From Octopus bimaculoides (lineage: Eukaryota): DNA of 33,247 nt. The stretch covers positions 23,408,478-23,441,724 of the forward strand of contig NC_068994.1 in NCBI RefSeq assembly GCF_001194135.2, written 5' to 3'. The notes beneath the pieces are model-generated. The model had not been told where the DNA came from. It worked only from the letters and a program-made list of their open reading frames with translations, and made no database searches. The position numbers and the translations under genes are program-made. Each line of letters opens with the position of its first letter. Position 1 is the first letter of the stretch. Shown here piece by piece: positions 1-10,944 of the stretch.

Positions 1-91
<91 letters not shown>
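1..91. repeat. (ATT)n microsatellite
   Basis: Pure ATT run from the window start; abuts the 3' end of a minus-strand LINE piece. Confidence 0.99.
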
Positions 92-92
<1 letters not shown>

Positions 93-225
93 CTTTGCAC
101 AGCTTCTAACGCTAGAGATGTACTACGGTGTCAGTTGTTCACTACCAGTGAACTACATCTGGTCCCGGGGCCTTCCAGTTGCCCCTTGTTTTTGGCTGAT
201 TTCCTTCACTTCCCTAAATGAAATG
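92..225 (-). mobile_element. Very short R4/Dong-like LINE remnant (RT N-terminal piece fused to a putative 3' terminus)
   Basis: Minus strand reads ISFREVKEISQK, then after a frameshift RGNWKAPGPDV; NWKAPGPD (157-180) is the conserved non-LTR RT domain-0 motif. It is followed by ~65 nt with a 7-bp hairpin (GTTCACT-ACC-AGTGAAC, 137-153) ending at (AAT)n. Confidence 0.6.
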
Positions 226-262
226 ACTATCATCATCATCATCATCCTCATCATCATCATCA
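226..262. repeat. (CAT)n microsatellite, forming the 3' tail of the adjacent LINE
   Basis: Near-perfect CAT run. Confidence 0.95.
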
Positions 263-2090
263 TTGAGTAGTCTTATTTTTATAACGTGCTTTCACTGCAC
301 TACCGAGCGCTGCTCCATGTGCCTTGGGTACGTGCTGTAGTTTGTTGTGATGCTCTTATTGTTACTGTATTGAAAGTATTTTATGTAGGATGTGCGCGGT
401 GCCTAGTAGTGCTATTTTCTGTATGTTATAAATATTTGTTAGACCTGGTGTTTTTGTTATGTATTTGTCTGAAAATTTTTTATCATACGTAATGCGTCCA
501 CTATGATAGGAATTGTTTCTGTTTTTAGATTCCTCATTCGAGTTACCTCTATTTCCAGGTCTTTGTATTTTGAAAGTTTCTCCATTTCTTTTAGAGAAAC
601 GTTGTCATCTGTTGGTATTGATGCATCAATTAAAAAACATTTTTTCTTCATGATCTCTGACAACTATATCTGGCCTCTTGGCCTTAATTTCTCTATCTGT
701 GTGTATTGGCATATCCTATAGTATTGTTGCTCTCTCATTTTCTGTGACCTTTTCTAGCGTGTGCTTATACCATCTTTTTTCTGTTGTTATTCTATAGTGT
801 AGGCATAGCTTCCAGTGTATGTAGGTCCCAACTCTGCATCTCAGCCATTGTTGGGATTTTGTTTTGTCTATTTCTTTTGTGTTTAGTTGAACCCAGTATT
901 TGCCATGAATGAGATTTTCCTGCCATCGTTTTATCATGATCCGCTGCTGTTCTAGTTTTAGTTTGGATTTCATTTGTTTGACAGCTTTTGTTGTTTCTTC
1001 TTTTTCTTTATAGTTGTTTGGTAGTATCAATTCTTGTTTGCATTTGTCAGCTTCCTGAAAACAGTCTTTTGTTTTGTTTATGTTTTGTGGCTATTTGTGT
1101 TAGTTTTCCTTGCTTCTGACGTAGGTATTTTTGTAGTCTTATGGTGATTATTTTGCAATAGTTTTCTCCCACCTTCTATACGTTGTGTATATAACCTTTC
1201 TATGTCAGATTTTGGTTGGTGCATCCTAAATCCTGTCATTATTTTTCTTGTTTTCCTGTCTATTTTGATTAGTTCATTTAGTGTCCAGTTAAGGATATTG
1301 TAGCTGTAACTTATTACTGGGACGGCTAAAGCGTTGGTACCTATTATCTTGTTTCTCGCATTGAGCTCTGTTTTCAGTATTAATCTAACTCCTCTATAGT
1401 ATTCCTTTCTTATTTTCTCTTTCATTTATGTGTGTTGTATCGTATCTAGTTCATTGATTCCTAAATATTTGTATGTCTAACTTTGGTCTAATTCTCTTAT
1501 TTCATTTGCTTTATCTAGTGTGATGTTGCTACTCTTAACTAGTTTTCCTCTTTTCAAGGTTGCTTTGGCACATTTTTCTAATCCAAATTTCATATTTATT
1601 TCTTTGGTAAATCCATGTACTGTCTGTAGTAGTGTTTCCAGCTGTTTATCAGTTCTAGCGTACAGTTTTAGGTCATCGATATATGAGGGGGCTGATTGCT
1701 TTGCCGTAACAGTTGTATCCGCATCCAGTTCTGTTTTGCATGTCAGATAAAGGGGTCAATGCCAAGCAAAAAAGGAGTGGAGAGAGCGTGTCTCCCTGGA
1801 ATATTCCTCTTCTAATGAGGATCGCTTTGGTTTTTATGAGTCCCTCTTTTGTTTGGAGCTATAGCACTGTCTGCCATTTATCCACGAAGTGAGTTATATA
1901 TTTTATGATTATTGGTGCTACCTTGTTCATGGCTAGTGTTTCTAGGGTCCATGTGTGGGGAATACTATCAAAAGCCTTTCGTTAATCGATCTAGGCCATA
2001 CTTAGACCTTCTTTCTGCGGCTGTCTTCAGTTATGGCTTTATTGAACATTAGTTGATCTTTACAGCGTATGAACCCTTGCAGCATCCCTT
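263..2090 (-). mobile_element. 5'-truncated, degenerate R4/Dong-clade non-LTR retrotransposon (RT + restriction-like endonuclease)
   Basis: Minus-strand motifs in order: KDQLMFNK (~2030-2070), ID*RKAFDSIPHTW (~1950-1990), GIFQGDTLSPLLFCLALTPL (~1750-1810), YIDDLKLYA (~1655-1685), TYKYLG (~1460-1478), thumb region KTELNARNKI...AVPVISYS...DIERLY...EGGR, HGKY...VGTYIHWKLC, RLE motif LIDASIP...EKLSKYKDL, and C-terminal QKIALLGTAHIL with the stop at 362-364. Multiple stops and frameshifts. Confidence 0.93.
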
Positions 2091-2270
2091 AAAGCAGCGA
2101 ACTAGCAGAATCGTTAGCACGCCGAGCAAAATGCTTAGTAGCATTTCGTCCGTCTTTTCCTTCTGAGATCAAATTCTACCGACTTTGCCTTTCCTCTTTT
2201 CGGAGTCGATAAACTAAGTACCAGATGCAACCGACTTCTTTCATTGCTGGCCTTGTGCCAAAATTTTTAT
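2091..2270 (+). mobile_element. tRNA-derived SINE (octopus-type), degenerate
   Basis: A-box-like TAGCAGAATCG, B-box-like GAGATCAAATT, and core GACTTTGCCTTTC...GTCGATAAA shared with other copies in this window; lies at the truncation point of the LINE. Confidence 0.85.
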
Positions 2271-2460
2271 ACGAAACCTCAAACAACAACAAATTGGACG
2301 TTTTACTGTGGCTGTTAATTATCATGAACAATTATATACTGTAGGGAAAAGAGACCCGAATCTGAGAACTGTTGGTGTTATCATTCGAAAGATACAGCCA
2401 TGCGTTTTCTTGCATTGTGACCGACGTTGTATAACAACATTCGACAATCTGATGGATACA

Positions 2461-2522
2461 GCGACACAGACACAGACACACAGACACACAGACACAGACA
2501 TACACACACACACACACACACC

Positions 2523-2557
<35 letters not shown>

Positions 2558-2560
2558 GCG
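2461..2560. repeat. (ACAG)/(CA)n microsatellite
   Basis: Direct reading. Confidence 0.95.
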
Positions 2561-4584
2561 CGCACATGTACTATAACTTATTTTCTGCGACCCCTTTAAT
2601 ATTTACATCTCAACAACATCAGTAACAGTAAAAAAAAAAGCTATAAAAGTCCGTTAGTCTGTTTTAAGATGATCTTAATTTGGGTCTATAAAAAATTATT
2701 CCTGAGCAATATTTTATGATTTCTAGAACAAAAAAAATGTTTGTTCATGTCTTATAAGTTTCTTACTCAAATTTTTATGATTGTAGTTATGAGCTCAGTC
2801 TTGAGAACTTGGTTATTCTGCGAAACACTTATAGTAGAACAATCAACTGAAAGAAATAGATGTACTAATAAAAGAAGGTTATTTTAACACGATTGAGGAT
2901 AATAGGACCCAACAAAGGACAAGTATCACTGAAATCAACAATATCAAAATAGAATATGAGGCAGGGAAAATATGAACTGGCAGCGGTAAAATCCGAATAT
3001 TATAGATGAAAGGGTGAAATAACACAATTTATATTAAACTGCTGCAAGATATTTCAGTTTTTCAATATTTTCCTTCTGTCGTAGTATTTTTCACTGACTA
3101 TAACAGTAGTCATAAATCTTTAGAAAAACAAGAAATTTTTACTTTTTATTATTTATTCATTTATTTTATCTATTTATTTATTTTTATCTATCGGTCTTTT
3201 AGTGGCGCAAATATTCTATATTGCTATTGGTCCGGTTGTTACGACTGAGTCATGCAATTGACAAAAAATCGATCAGTTAATTATTGGCATGAGAACGGCA
3301 TTCAGAGAAGTTATTATTGTGACAGGAAAGTTAATGAAGGCAATCTCATACACCATTATTCTATAGCTCACATAAACTACTATTTCAGCATATATAGTTT
3401 CCTGAAGTTGAATATTTTTTTTAGAATTGAATGTTGTACATAAATCTATTGTTAGGTTTTAATATAAGCAAAAATGGGAGGAAATTAAAGCATGTGGATA
3501 TTTCCAGTAAAATACTTTACATATTTCACCTTAGACTTCTGACATTGACCTTGCTATAATTGTCTACATTGATTTATTAGTTAAACACACTTGGTTAATA
3601 TTTCCATCTCAACACTGATCAATGAAATATGTGATCAAATGCCTCCCAGCCGTAACCATTTTTCTTTCTGTGTATTGAGTATCTACAACCAAATTGTATA
3701 CTGTGTTTTTCACCATTTTAAGATTTGTGTATCTGTATGCTTTGAAAGAAATTCTATCGACCATGATAAAGAATATATTCTGCAAAATGTATGTTGCAAC
3801 TCAATGTTTATCAGTTGTCCTTTGTTGTTTTACCCTGGGCCAGACTTGAGCTCGTTAACCGATGGTCTAGTGGTGTGGCTACAATTTATGTTGTCTGGGG
3901 TGGAACATGAGTTTGCAGACCCTTGCACTGAAAAACAATTAACTCAAAATGCTGCTAAAGACGGGCCACACGCATCACTTTCTTTTAATTATGCATGTAT
4001 GATGGTCAAAAGCAATTCGGTTTTGACCATCTTAATATTTCGCAGATATGGGGTGACCAACACAGGACGGTTTAACATGAGCGAGATCAGGCTACTCTTT
4101 CTAGCATGTCGTACTTTCTTGTAGACGTTCCCTCGTTAGTTTGAAGGCTAATTAGTCTATTAATGGTAAAGGAACTGAGTTTGGTAGGGACACTAACGAG
4201 TGAAACTAATAGTAGTGGTAAATCGAAGCAAAAAGAAGCCATACGCTGCAATCGATTTTTTTCATCTTATGTTCTTCCATTAAAAAAAAGTATATATAGT
4301 ATTTTTCTGAGTAAAAATAAATGTAATTTTAACCCCTCTGGTCCAGCAAAACAGAAGAGGAAACTTTATCATAGATAAAAACTTGCTAATACCTATTAGC
4401 AATTTCATGTAAATGTGCTGGATATCAGTAATCAATATAGCAGTTAACAAACAAGTCAATATTTTGCTTCTGATCAAAACTACTCGAATTAATAATTTAA
4501 GACAGATGTCCAAGGCAGTAGTGAGTTTGATCAAATGTATTTCAATATTTAGTTTCACAATAACGATGTTTATCTTATCAACTT

Positions 4585-4604
4585 CATCTGTCTGTCTGTA
4601 TGAG

Positions 4605-4653
<49 letters not shown>

Positions 4654-4900
4654 GTCTGTCTATCTATCTAGCTGCTTGTCTATCTGTATGTATGTCTGTC
4701 TGTCTGTCTGTCTGTCTGCCTGCCTGTTTGTCTATCTGTCTACCCGCCTGCCTGTCTGTCTGTCTCTCTGTCTGTCTGTCCGTCCGTCTGTCTGTCTATC
4801 TGTCTGTCTATCTGTCTATCTGTCTGTCTGTTGTCTGTTGTCTGTCTGTCTGTTGTCTGTCTGTCTGTTGTCTGTTGTCTGTTGTCTGTTGTCTGTCTTT
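4585..4900. repeat. Compound (TCTA)/(TCTG)/(CCTG)/(TTGTCTG) microsatellite
   Basis: Direct reading; the unit drifts along the array. Confidence 0.95.
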
Positions 4901-5142
4901 GGAAGGTTCTTCATTGGGCCTTGAGCCTAATAATAACACTTCATGCATTGAGTACATATTAAATTTTGACCAGTATTTTTCAAGAAATGAATAATTTTCA
5001 TCAAAACAATGATATAATATGTCGACTTTGAACTTCCTGCAAAGCTTCATGATAAACAATATTTTTTTGTCTTCCCATCTTGGAGTCAGTACAATTTTTT
5101 TTCTGTCTAACCTCTTTCTTAACCACCACGCCGTATGCCCAC

Positions 5143-5216
5143 GGGCATATGACGTAGTGGTTAAGAGCGCGGGCTACTAACCCAGGATTCCGAGTTCGAT
5201 TCCAGGCAGTGACCTC

Positions 5217-5256
<40 letters not shown>

Positions 5257-5415
5257 TCAACAACATCGAAAAATGCCTTAGTAATGAGAATCCAGGTTCG
5301 AAATTTCCCCAAGACACCTGATGAAGGCTGGAGGGTATATCAGCCTAAACGTCGTGTTAACAACAAACAAGATGAGGACAAATAACCGCCAATTGTAAAT
5401 AATGTACATAATTCC
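5143..5415 (+). mobile_element. tRNA-headed SINE with internal (AAT)n and a Penelope-like tail
   Basis: Head GGGCATATGACGTAGTGGTTAAGAGC (A-box-like) and GAGTTCGATTCC (B-box), internal (AAT)n at ~5216-5257, tail with a hammerhead-like fold. Confidence 0.75.
5313..5358 (+). ncRNA. Minimal type I hammerhead ribozyme motif, probably inactive copy (G12>U)
   Basis: Stem I GACAC(5313-17)/GTGTT(5354-58); core CTGATGA (5318-24) plus extra A; stem II GGCTG/CAGCC; TAAAC in place of GAAAC; palindromic ACGT helix III; GTC cleavage triplet (5351-53). Confidence 0.6.
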
Positions 5416-5459
5416 TCATCTCTTAAATATAGAACTGTACTCTTTCTTTCTCTCTCTCT

Positions 5460-5770
5460 CTTTCTGTTGATTGTTTTCAACCATCACTATCACCAGTACA
5501 ACCACCATCGCCACCACTACTACCATACACACACCATTCAGACTTTTGACATCACTACCATCAACACCTTTGACTTCGCCGCCTTCCCCTCCACCACCAT
5601 CACCACTGTCTTTCACATCCCTTACTATCACCGTCATGCTTGACCGCATCAGCTACCAACACCAGCACCATCACCGTCGCCTCTGCCTCTATCACAACTA
5701 CAGCTCATACTATTACTATGACCCCATTACCATCTCAACTGTCAATCTACTACCACCCTCGCCTTGTCTA
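5460..5770. repeat. ACC/ATC/ACT low-complexity tract
   Basis: Degenerate trinucleotide repeats that produce the T/P/H-rich ORFs. Confidence 0.85.
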
Positions 5771-5799
5771 TGCCTGCTATTACTCTCACCCCACCAAGA

Positions 5800-5885
5800 A
5801 GAGTAGAAGTGTAACTGAATGGTGAGAGAAGGGATGAAAGTTGACACACTGACACAGAAATTTGTTTTGCTATTTATTATTATAG
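5800..5885 (-). mobile_element. Fragment of a non-autonomous Helitron-like repeat (putative 5' TC terminus)
   Basis: Matches 17960-18241 (GTAGAAGTG...GTGAGAGAAGGG...GACACACTGACAC...TTTATTATTATAG); the minus strand begins A|TCTATAATAATAAAT, like the Helitron start at 27996. Confidence 0.5.
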
Positions 5886-5974
5886 ATTGTGTGTATGTAT
5901 GTTTGCATGTGTGTGTCAGAATGATTATGTGTTTACTATAGACACAGAATGGCCTAACAATTCAATAGTTGAAA

Positions 5975-6080
5975 TTTACAGAAAAAGAACAGACGAAGAC
6001 ACGTGTATAAACAACAAACAGGTGTATTAGTTTAACGCTCAGGAAGGTGAGAAAGTCTTTTACGCTTCGAGCCTACGATC
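5975..6080 (-). mobile_element. Possible Penelope-like element end fragment
   Basis: Minus strand GATCGTAGGCTC-GAAGC-GTA resembles the 3' half of a minimal hammerhead; family resemblance recalled from memory. Confidence 0.35.
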
Positions 6081-6190
6081 AGTAGTTCGCTTCGCAATCA
6101 CAGGGTCCCGGATTCGGACTCCCTATATAGTGTCTTGAGCAACAGTATTTTACTACAGTATCAGGTCAACCCAGACCTTGTTCATCAGTT
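6081..6190 (+). mobile_element. Degenerate tRNA-derived SINE head (second family)
   Basis: B-box-like GGATTCGGACTCCC followed by GTGTCTTGAGCAA...TACTACAG...GGTCAACCCAGACCTTG. Confidence 0.5.
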
Positions 6191-7213
6191 GCTAATTAGC
6201 TTATAAGTCCGTCCGAAGGATTGTATTTGTAAATCAAAGATTCAGTTTTGTCACTCAGCATATCATGCTGAGTTTGAGAATTACGTTAAGAGTACACATG
6301 TTTATGGAATACTCAACCACATACATGCCTAATTCAGCGAACAAGTAGTTCATTTGATCATGTGAGAGTATTTGGGAGCGAGATAAAATTCACTCTTGCT
6401 ATTAAGTAAATCAAAGTTAAGTGTTTTAGTTTCTTTATCAATTAGGCCACTCCTGTTTTTATATAAGTAATTCCTTTTGAAAAGACTCAAGGTCATTGAG
6501 AGATATGCGGAGTGTGGGCTTGCCAAGAAACAAATCAGCAAAATCTTTCAGAGTTAGCTGCTGCATGCGTGCTCTGGACCGGTACATCATGCAGTAACCT
6601 CTTTGTGTCATAGAATGGTCGCTGGTGCCTTCAGAGATGACGCTGTCAGACGAAATGATTTATATAATCAAAGGATCTGCGGCGTGTGCAAGAATATCTG
6701 CAAAGCCCACTGGATTTCACAATGGCAAATGTCCAGGCGAGTTGACATGTTTTCTTTACGCTTCGAATTACTCGTTAAGCTGGGTCGCCATTGTTACCGA
6801 TACTTTCCTTGACAGTAATACTTTGTCACATGTATTGCCACATCATACATATCTCTTTGAAGTGGTGACAATCTGACAATGGAAACGACTAATGTTGCCA
6901 GTAAATCAAAGTAAGGTTTTTATTAACACTTGAAGCAACAAGCTAACTGACCTCTACACCATGGCCATGGTAGCAAAATAGCTTGCAAATTTTCGTATCA
7001 GTGTGCTCGTGTCAGTACAGTATTGAATAGAGAAGAAAATTAATGACAAAGAATTTTAAACATGCAAAATAAATAAATAAAGGAATAGATAATTAAATAA
7101 ATAACTAAATAAATGAATAAATAATTAAATAAAATGTAAATATAAGGCGAGTTTGCTTGAACCCAGTCTCAACGATTGCTCAATAGTACATAATTTGCTA
7201 GTAAAGGACATAC

Positions 7214-7246
7214 CAATCATTACATAGATACGTTTACGTTGGAGAC
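7214..7246 (-). CDS. Candidate 33-nt micro-exon (unverified)
   Basis: Acceptor ttggattttgtttttcAG, donor TG|GTATGT, one open frame (xLQRKRIYVMIx, phase 1-1). No homology recognised. Confidence 0.2.
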
Positions 7247-7460
7247 CTGAAAAACAAAATCCAACTTGATGTACTTAAATAGAGAAATCAGTTGAGTATA
7301 TATAGAATGCAGATCACTTTTGAATGATCTGTTATCTTCATCAGAAATAAGTAACTGACGTTTCATTATAAGAAACAAAATCTACCAGTTCAGGAAGAAG
7401 TATGACCTCTAGAAATGCTAATATTTTTTTCTTTTTTATGACGAGTGTAATTTTAATCGA

Positions 7461-7620
<160 letters not shown>

Positions 7621-8204
7621 ATTTTGTGCTTATTGCGTTAAGTACGATATCCTGTACCCAACTATACAGTAAAGTCATGGGATTTTATTGATACTACTAC
7701 AATTTTTGTTAAGTCTGTATTACTCTCTTTCAGTCTGTGTCTCCTTCTATCTCTCTCTCACTTATTAGTAGCTAAATATAGTTCCTGATCAATGGCAAAA
7801 TAAACTGTCATGTGGCATTAAACCAAATAGCAACGATAAGAATATGCATTTAGTTAGCTGTTCCAAGAAGATTCACTTATTGATGAATTCTGCGTTGTTT
7901 CCATCCTCAAAAGCTGAAAGTAATCAGTCAAAATACTCTATACTATGACAACAGAAGAACTAAATTTCAGAACGCTTTCCCCAATATGTTGCGGAATCCC
8001 GAACACTATATTCTAAACAATTCATGAACGTAACCATTTATAACTGACGTTTCTTATCATAAAAATTCTAGGCTATGATAACAAACTTCAGCAATAAATG
8101 ACTGCAGACATGGCTTTGAGGTTAAGAAGGCAGCATCACTGAGCCGCACTTTGGCCGAATCGTACCTACTGAATGATATTTGGTTGACGAAAATTGTACA
8201 CACA

Positions 8205-8295
8205 CGCACACATATAAATACATACATACATACATACATACATACACACAAACAGACAGACAAACAGACAGACAGATGAATATACAGACAGATTG
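8205..8295. repeat. (ACAT)/(ACAG) microsatellite
   Basis: Direct reading. Confidence 0.9.
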
Positions 8296-8538
8296 AAAGA
8301 TAGATTTCAATCAGGTGGTCAATATCATCTTCAATGAGAGAGAACTCAATGTTATACACAGAGCACGGCCACTTGGGATTTATTGTTTTCTAACAACATA
8401 GTAAGAAGATTTGGTTAAACGATCTAGGCCAAGATGGAAAGGAAGGGCGCAATCAATAAAGCTTTGGAAGCGCATTGTGATCAGCAGTGTAAAACTACAT
8501 CCGATTGTCTAGTCGATACAAGAGATACAGATAATATT

Positions 8539-8740
8539 CTTTTCTACTCTAGGTACAAAGCCCGAAATTTTTGGACGGGGGTACAGTCGATTAGATCGAC
8601 CCCAGTACGCAACTGGTACTTAATTTATCGACTCCGAAAGGATGAAAGGCAAAGTCGACCTCGGCGGAATTTGAACTCAGAATGTAAAGACAGACGAAAT
8701 TCCGCTAAGCATTTTGCCCGGCGTGCTAACGTTTCTGCCA
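8539..8740 (-). mobile_element. tRNA-derived SINE, well preserved, with putative target-site duplication
   Basis: Minus strand TGGCAGAAACG (A box), GAGTTCAAATTCC (B box), GTCGACTTTGCCTTTCATCC core; flanking direct repeat CAGATAATATT at 8528-8538 and 8739-8749. Confidence 0.92.
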
Positions 8741-10944
8741 GATAATATTACAACACACACACGCACACACATATGAATTATATCAAGTTTGAGATGTGAA
8801 CCGGTTTATTCAAACATAAATACACTGCAATATCCGACTGAGTTTTCTCCCATTAGGTCAATAGATGAAGAATCCCATATCAAAAGTTGATGGGAAAACC
8901 ATAAAAGTTTTCGTAGACTGTATTCTTCATTTCGACCCCCTGAATCTATAAGAGATAAAAGTATGAGGCTTCATTTGCCAATCACATTGTTGTTGTTGGT
9001 GTATAGTCAATAGGTCAGTGTCAGAGATTTTCGGGTTTGTTAGTTTTTCTAATTGTCGCGCATTCATTTTCGCGGCTCTGAACTATCCCCCAAAATGGGA
9101 ATTTCTATTTTGAGCCACTCTCAGGAGTTGAGAATTGATATTTACTGTGGTTTTAAATGCTATAATTTTACATTTCTATACTCAACATTAGGTCTATTTA
9201 GAATATATATAGTTTTATATAGTTTCAATCTAGTGATAAAACGTTATTCTGGTTAAAAAATTAAAAAGCAACAACAAAACAAATTTTTCACTTTGTCCCG
9301 TTTTTTACCCTCTCTCGTCGCACAAGAAAACAGGCTTTTCAGTTAGTGGATTTATGTGTTCTGTTTAGATTTTAGACCTTACTGTAAGATTAGAGAAGAT
9401 GGAGTGCTCACCAACTGTCGTTATTAAGTAATAGTTGCCTAAATTTAATTCTTTTTTTAATTAAAAATAGCCTCAAAGACGTAGATTTTTGTAATTTTCT
9501 TTCCACGGCTGAGTTTAAAAAATTGATCATTAATGGCTGGGGAACTTGAGATAGTGGGGATTAAAGAAACATACTTTCCAAAGTATGGTATCAAAGCTAT
9601 ATGGAATGATGGGCCCACAAAAATATAAAGGAAATTCAATATTTCAAAGATTTCGGAAAACTTTAAATGGCCATAAGATCTGACTGGAGCTAAAATTTTC
9701 AGAAATTATTCCTCCCGTGGATATTAACAAATGTTGTAGATTTCAAGAAAATTTAAGCACCTTTGCGAAAGATCCTTGCTGAATTTCACTGGAATGACCC
9801 TGTTAGTATTCTTATCAGAGAAACCTATCAAATTTCACATTATAACAAGTATTCATCACAATATGGAATGAAAACACGGAATTATATTTCAAATTTTCCT
9901 CACATTATTTGGTCATGGTTTAATTCCACTGATATTACTCCTTGTGAGGCAGTTCGTTTATTACTTACGGAGGCCGATCTTCACGAACCAACGCACTGAA
10001 CCTCCCTCAACATAGTCGTTCGATTAGCTAGAAATAGCAATTAAAATCCAGATCAAATCTCAATCTAGAGAAGGATGTATGGGGTGATGTTTTTTTGAAT
10101 GGGGTAATCAATGTTGAAATGCCTTTCCTCACCACATCTGACCTGAAGGGCTAAACAATAACTTTTCTTCAGAAACCTACGAATAAAGATATTAAGGGTT
10201 CGGTCGACCTGCCAGATATAACAGCCTTCAAATCATGCACTACAGTTTTAATCATGCGCTGCAGTTTTAAAAATGTAGTTCTAGATGAAACCTGAGAAGT
10301 CTTTGATCGTAGATCTACTCAGTCAAGGTAGAGCTAAGGGCTAAATTAGAAACAAAAACGACCTCTTTTTGTTATGTCAACTGTAACACCGTATAATTTT
10401 AATTCTAAACTGGTTTACGCTGCATATACCGCCAAGCATTCAGATATTTACTTATTTCACCTTCTTCACTTAAGCAACAATATATTGATTTCTTATTGTA
10501 ATTCAGCACATTCCAACACAATACAAACACAACAGTTTCCAGGTCTCTTGTGAAAATGTGTTCATTCAGTCAAGAATGAAATTTGCATAACTGATTCGGG
10601 TCTTTGAAAACTCTGCTATAAAGCGATTATCACGTTATAATAATAAAACAACGTATAAATTAACTATAGTACATTAAAAGAACAAACAAACAAGTAAATA
10701 AAGTAGAAATCACAAACATTCAAATTAATATTTTTTTAATTATCCAGTGCAGAGCTGCAGATATTTAGCGATGTAATTTGAAGTATATCTCAGTATATTA
10801 CAAGAGCAGAGATTAAAAGGCTAAAGATGCAATAAATGATTTAAGCATTCCTATTGTATTCCTATTATATTCTTACATTTTCTATTTTTAGGCCTATCGA
10901 TTACTTGTGATATTCATTTTTTGAAATCTACTTCTAACACACAG

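Noticed and set aside
2308-2625. HT/VC-repeat ORFs (also at 4413-5059, 5416-5825, 16711-17530, 27882-28581)
   Set aside because: They are open only because dinucleotide, tetranucleotide or low-complexity repeats lack stop codons.
5143-5215. tRNA gene
   Set aside because: A and B boxes are present but I could not fold a full cloverleaf, and it continues into a repeat body; it is a SINE head.
9763-9999. ORF with faint resemblance (KILAEFHWNDPVSILI) to receptor ligand-binding domains
   Set aside because: The similarity is a few residues judged by eye, with no convincing splice boundaries.
10000-10350. Several very old SINE-like scraps (also ~16000-16070, ~21340-21420, ~23450-23800, ~24500-24750, ~27280-27420, ~29985-30020)
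   Set aside because: They are probably repeats but too degenerate to delimit or classify from sequence alone.
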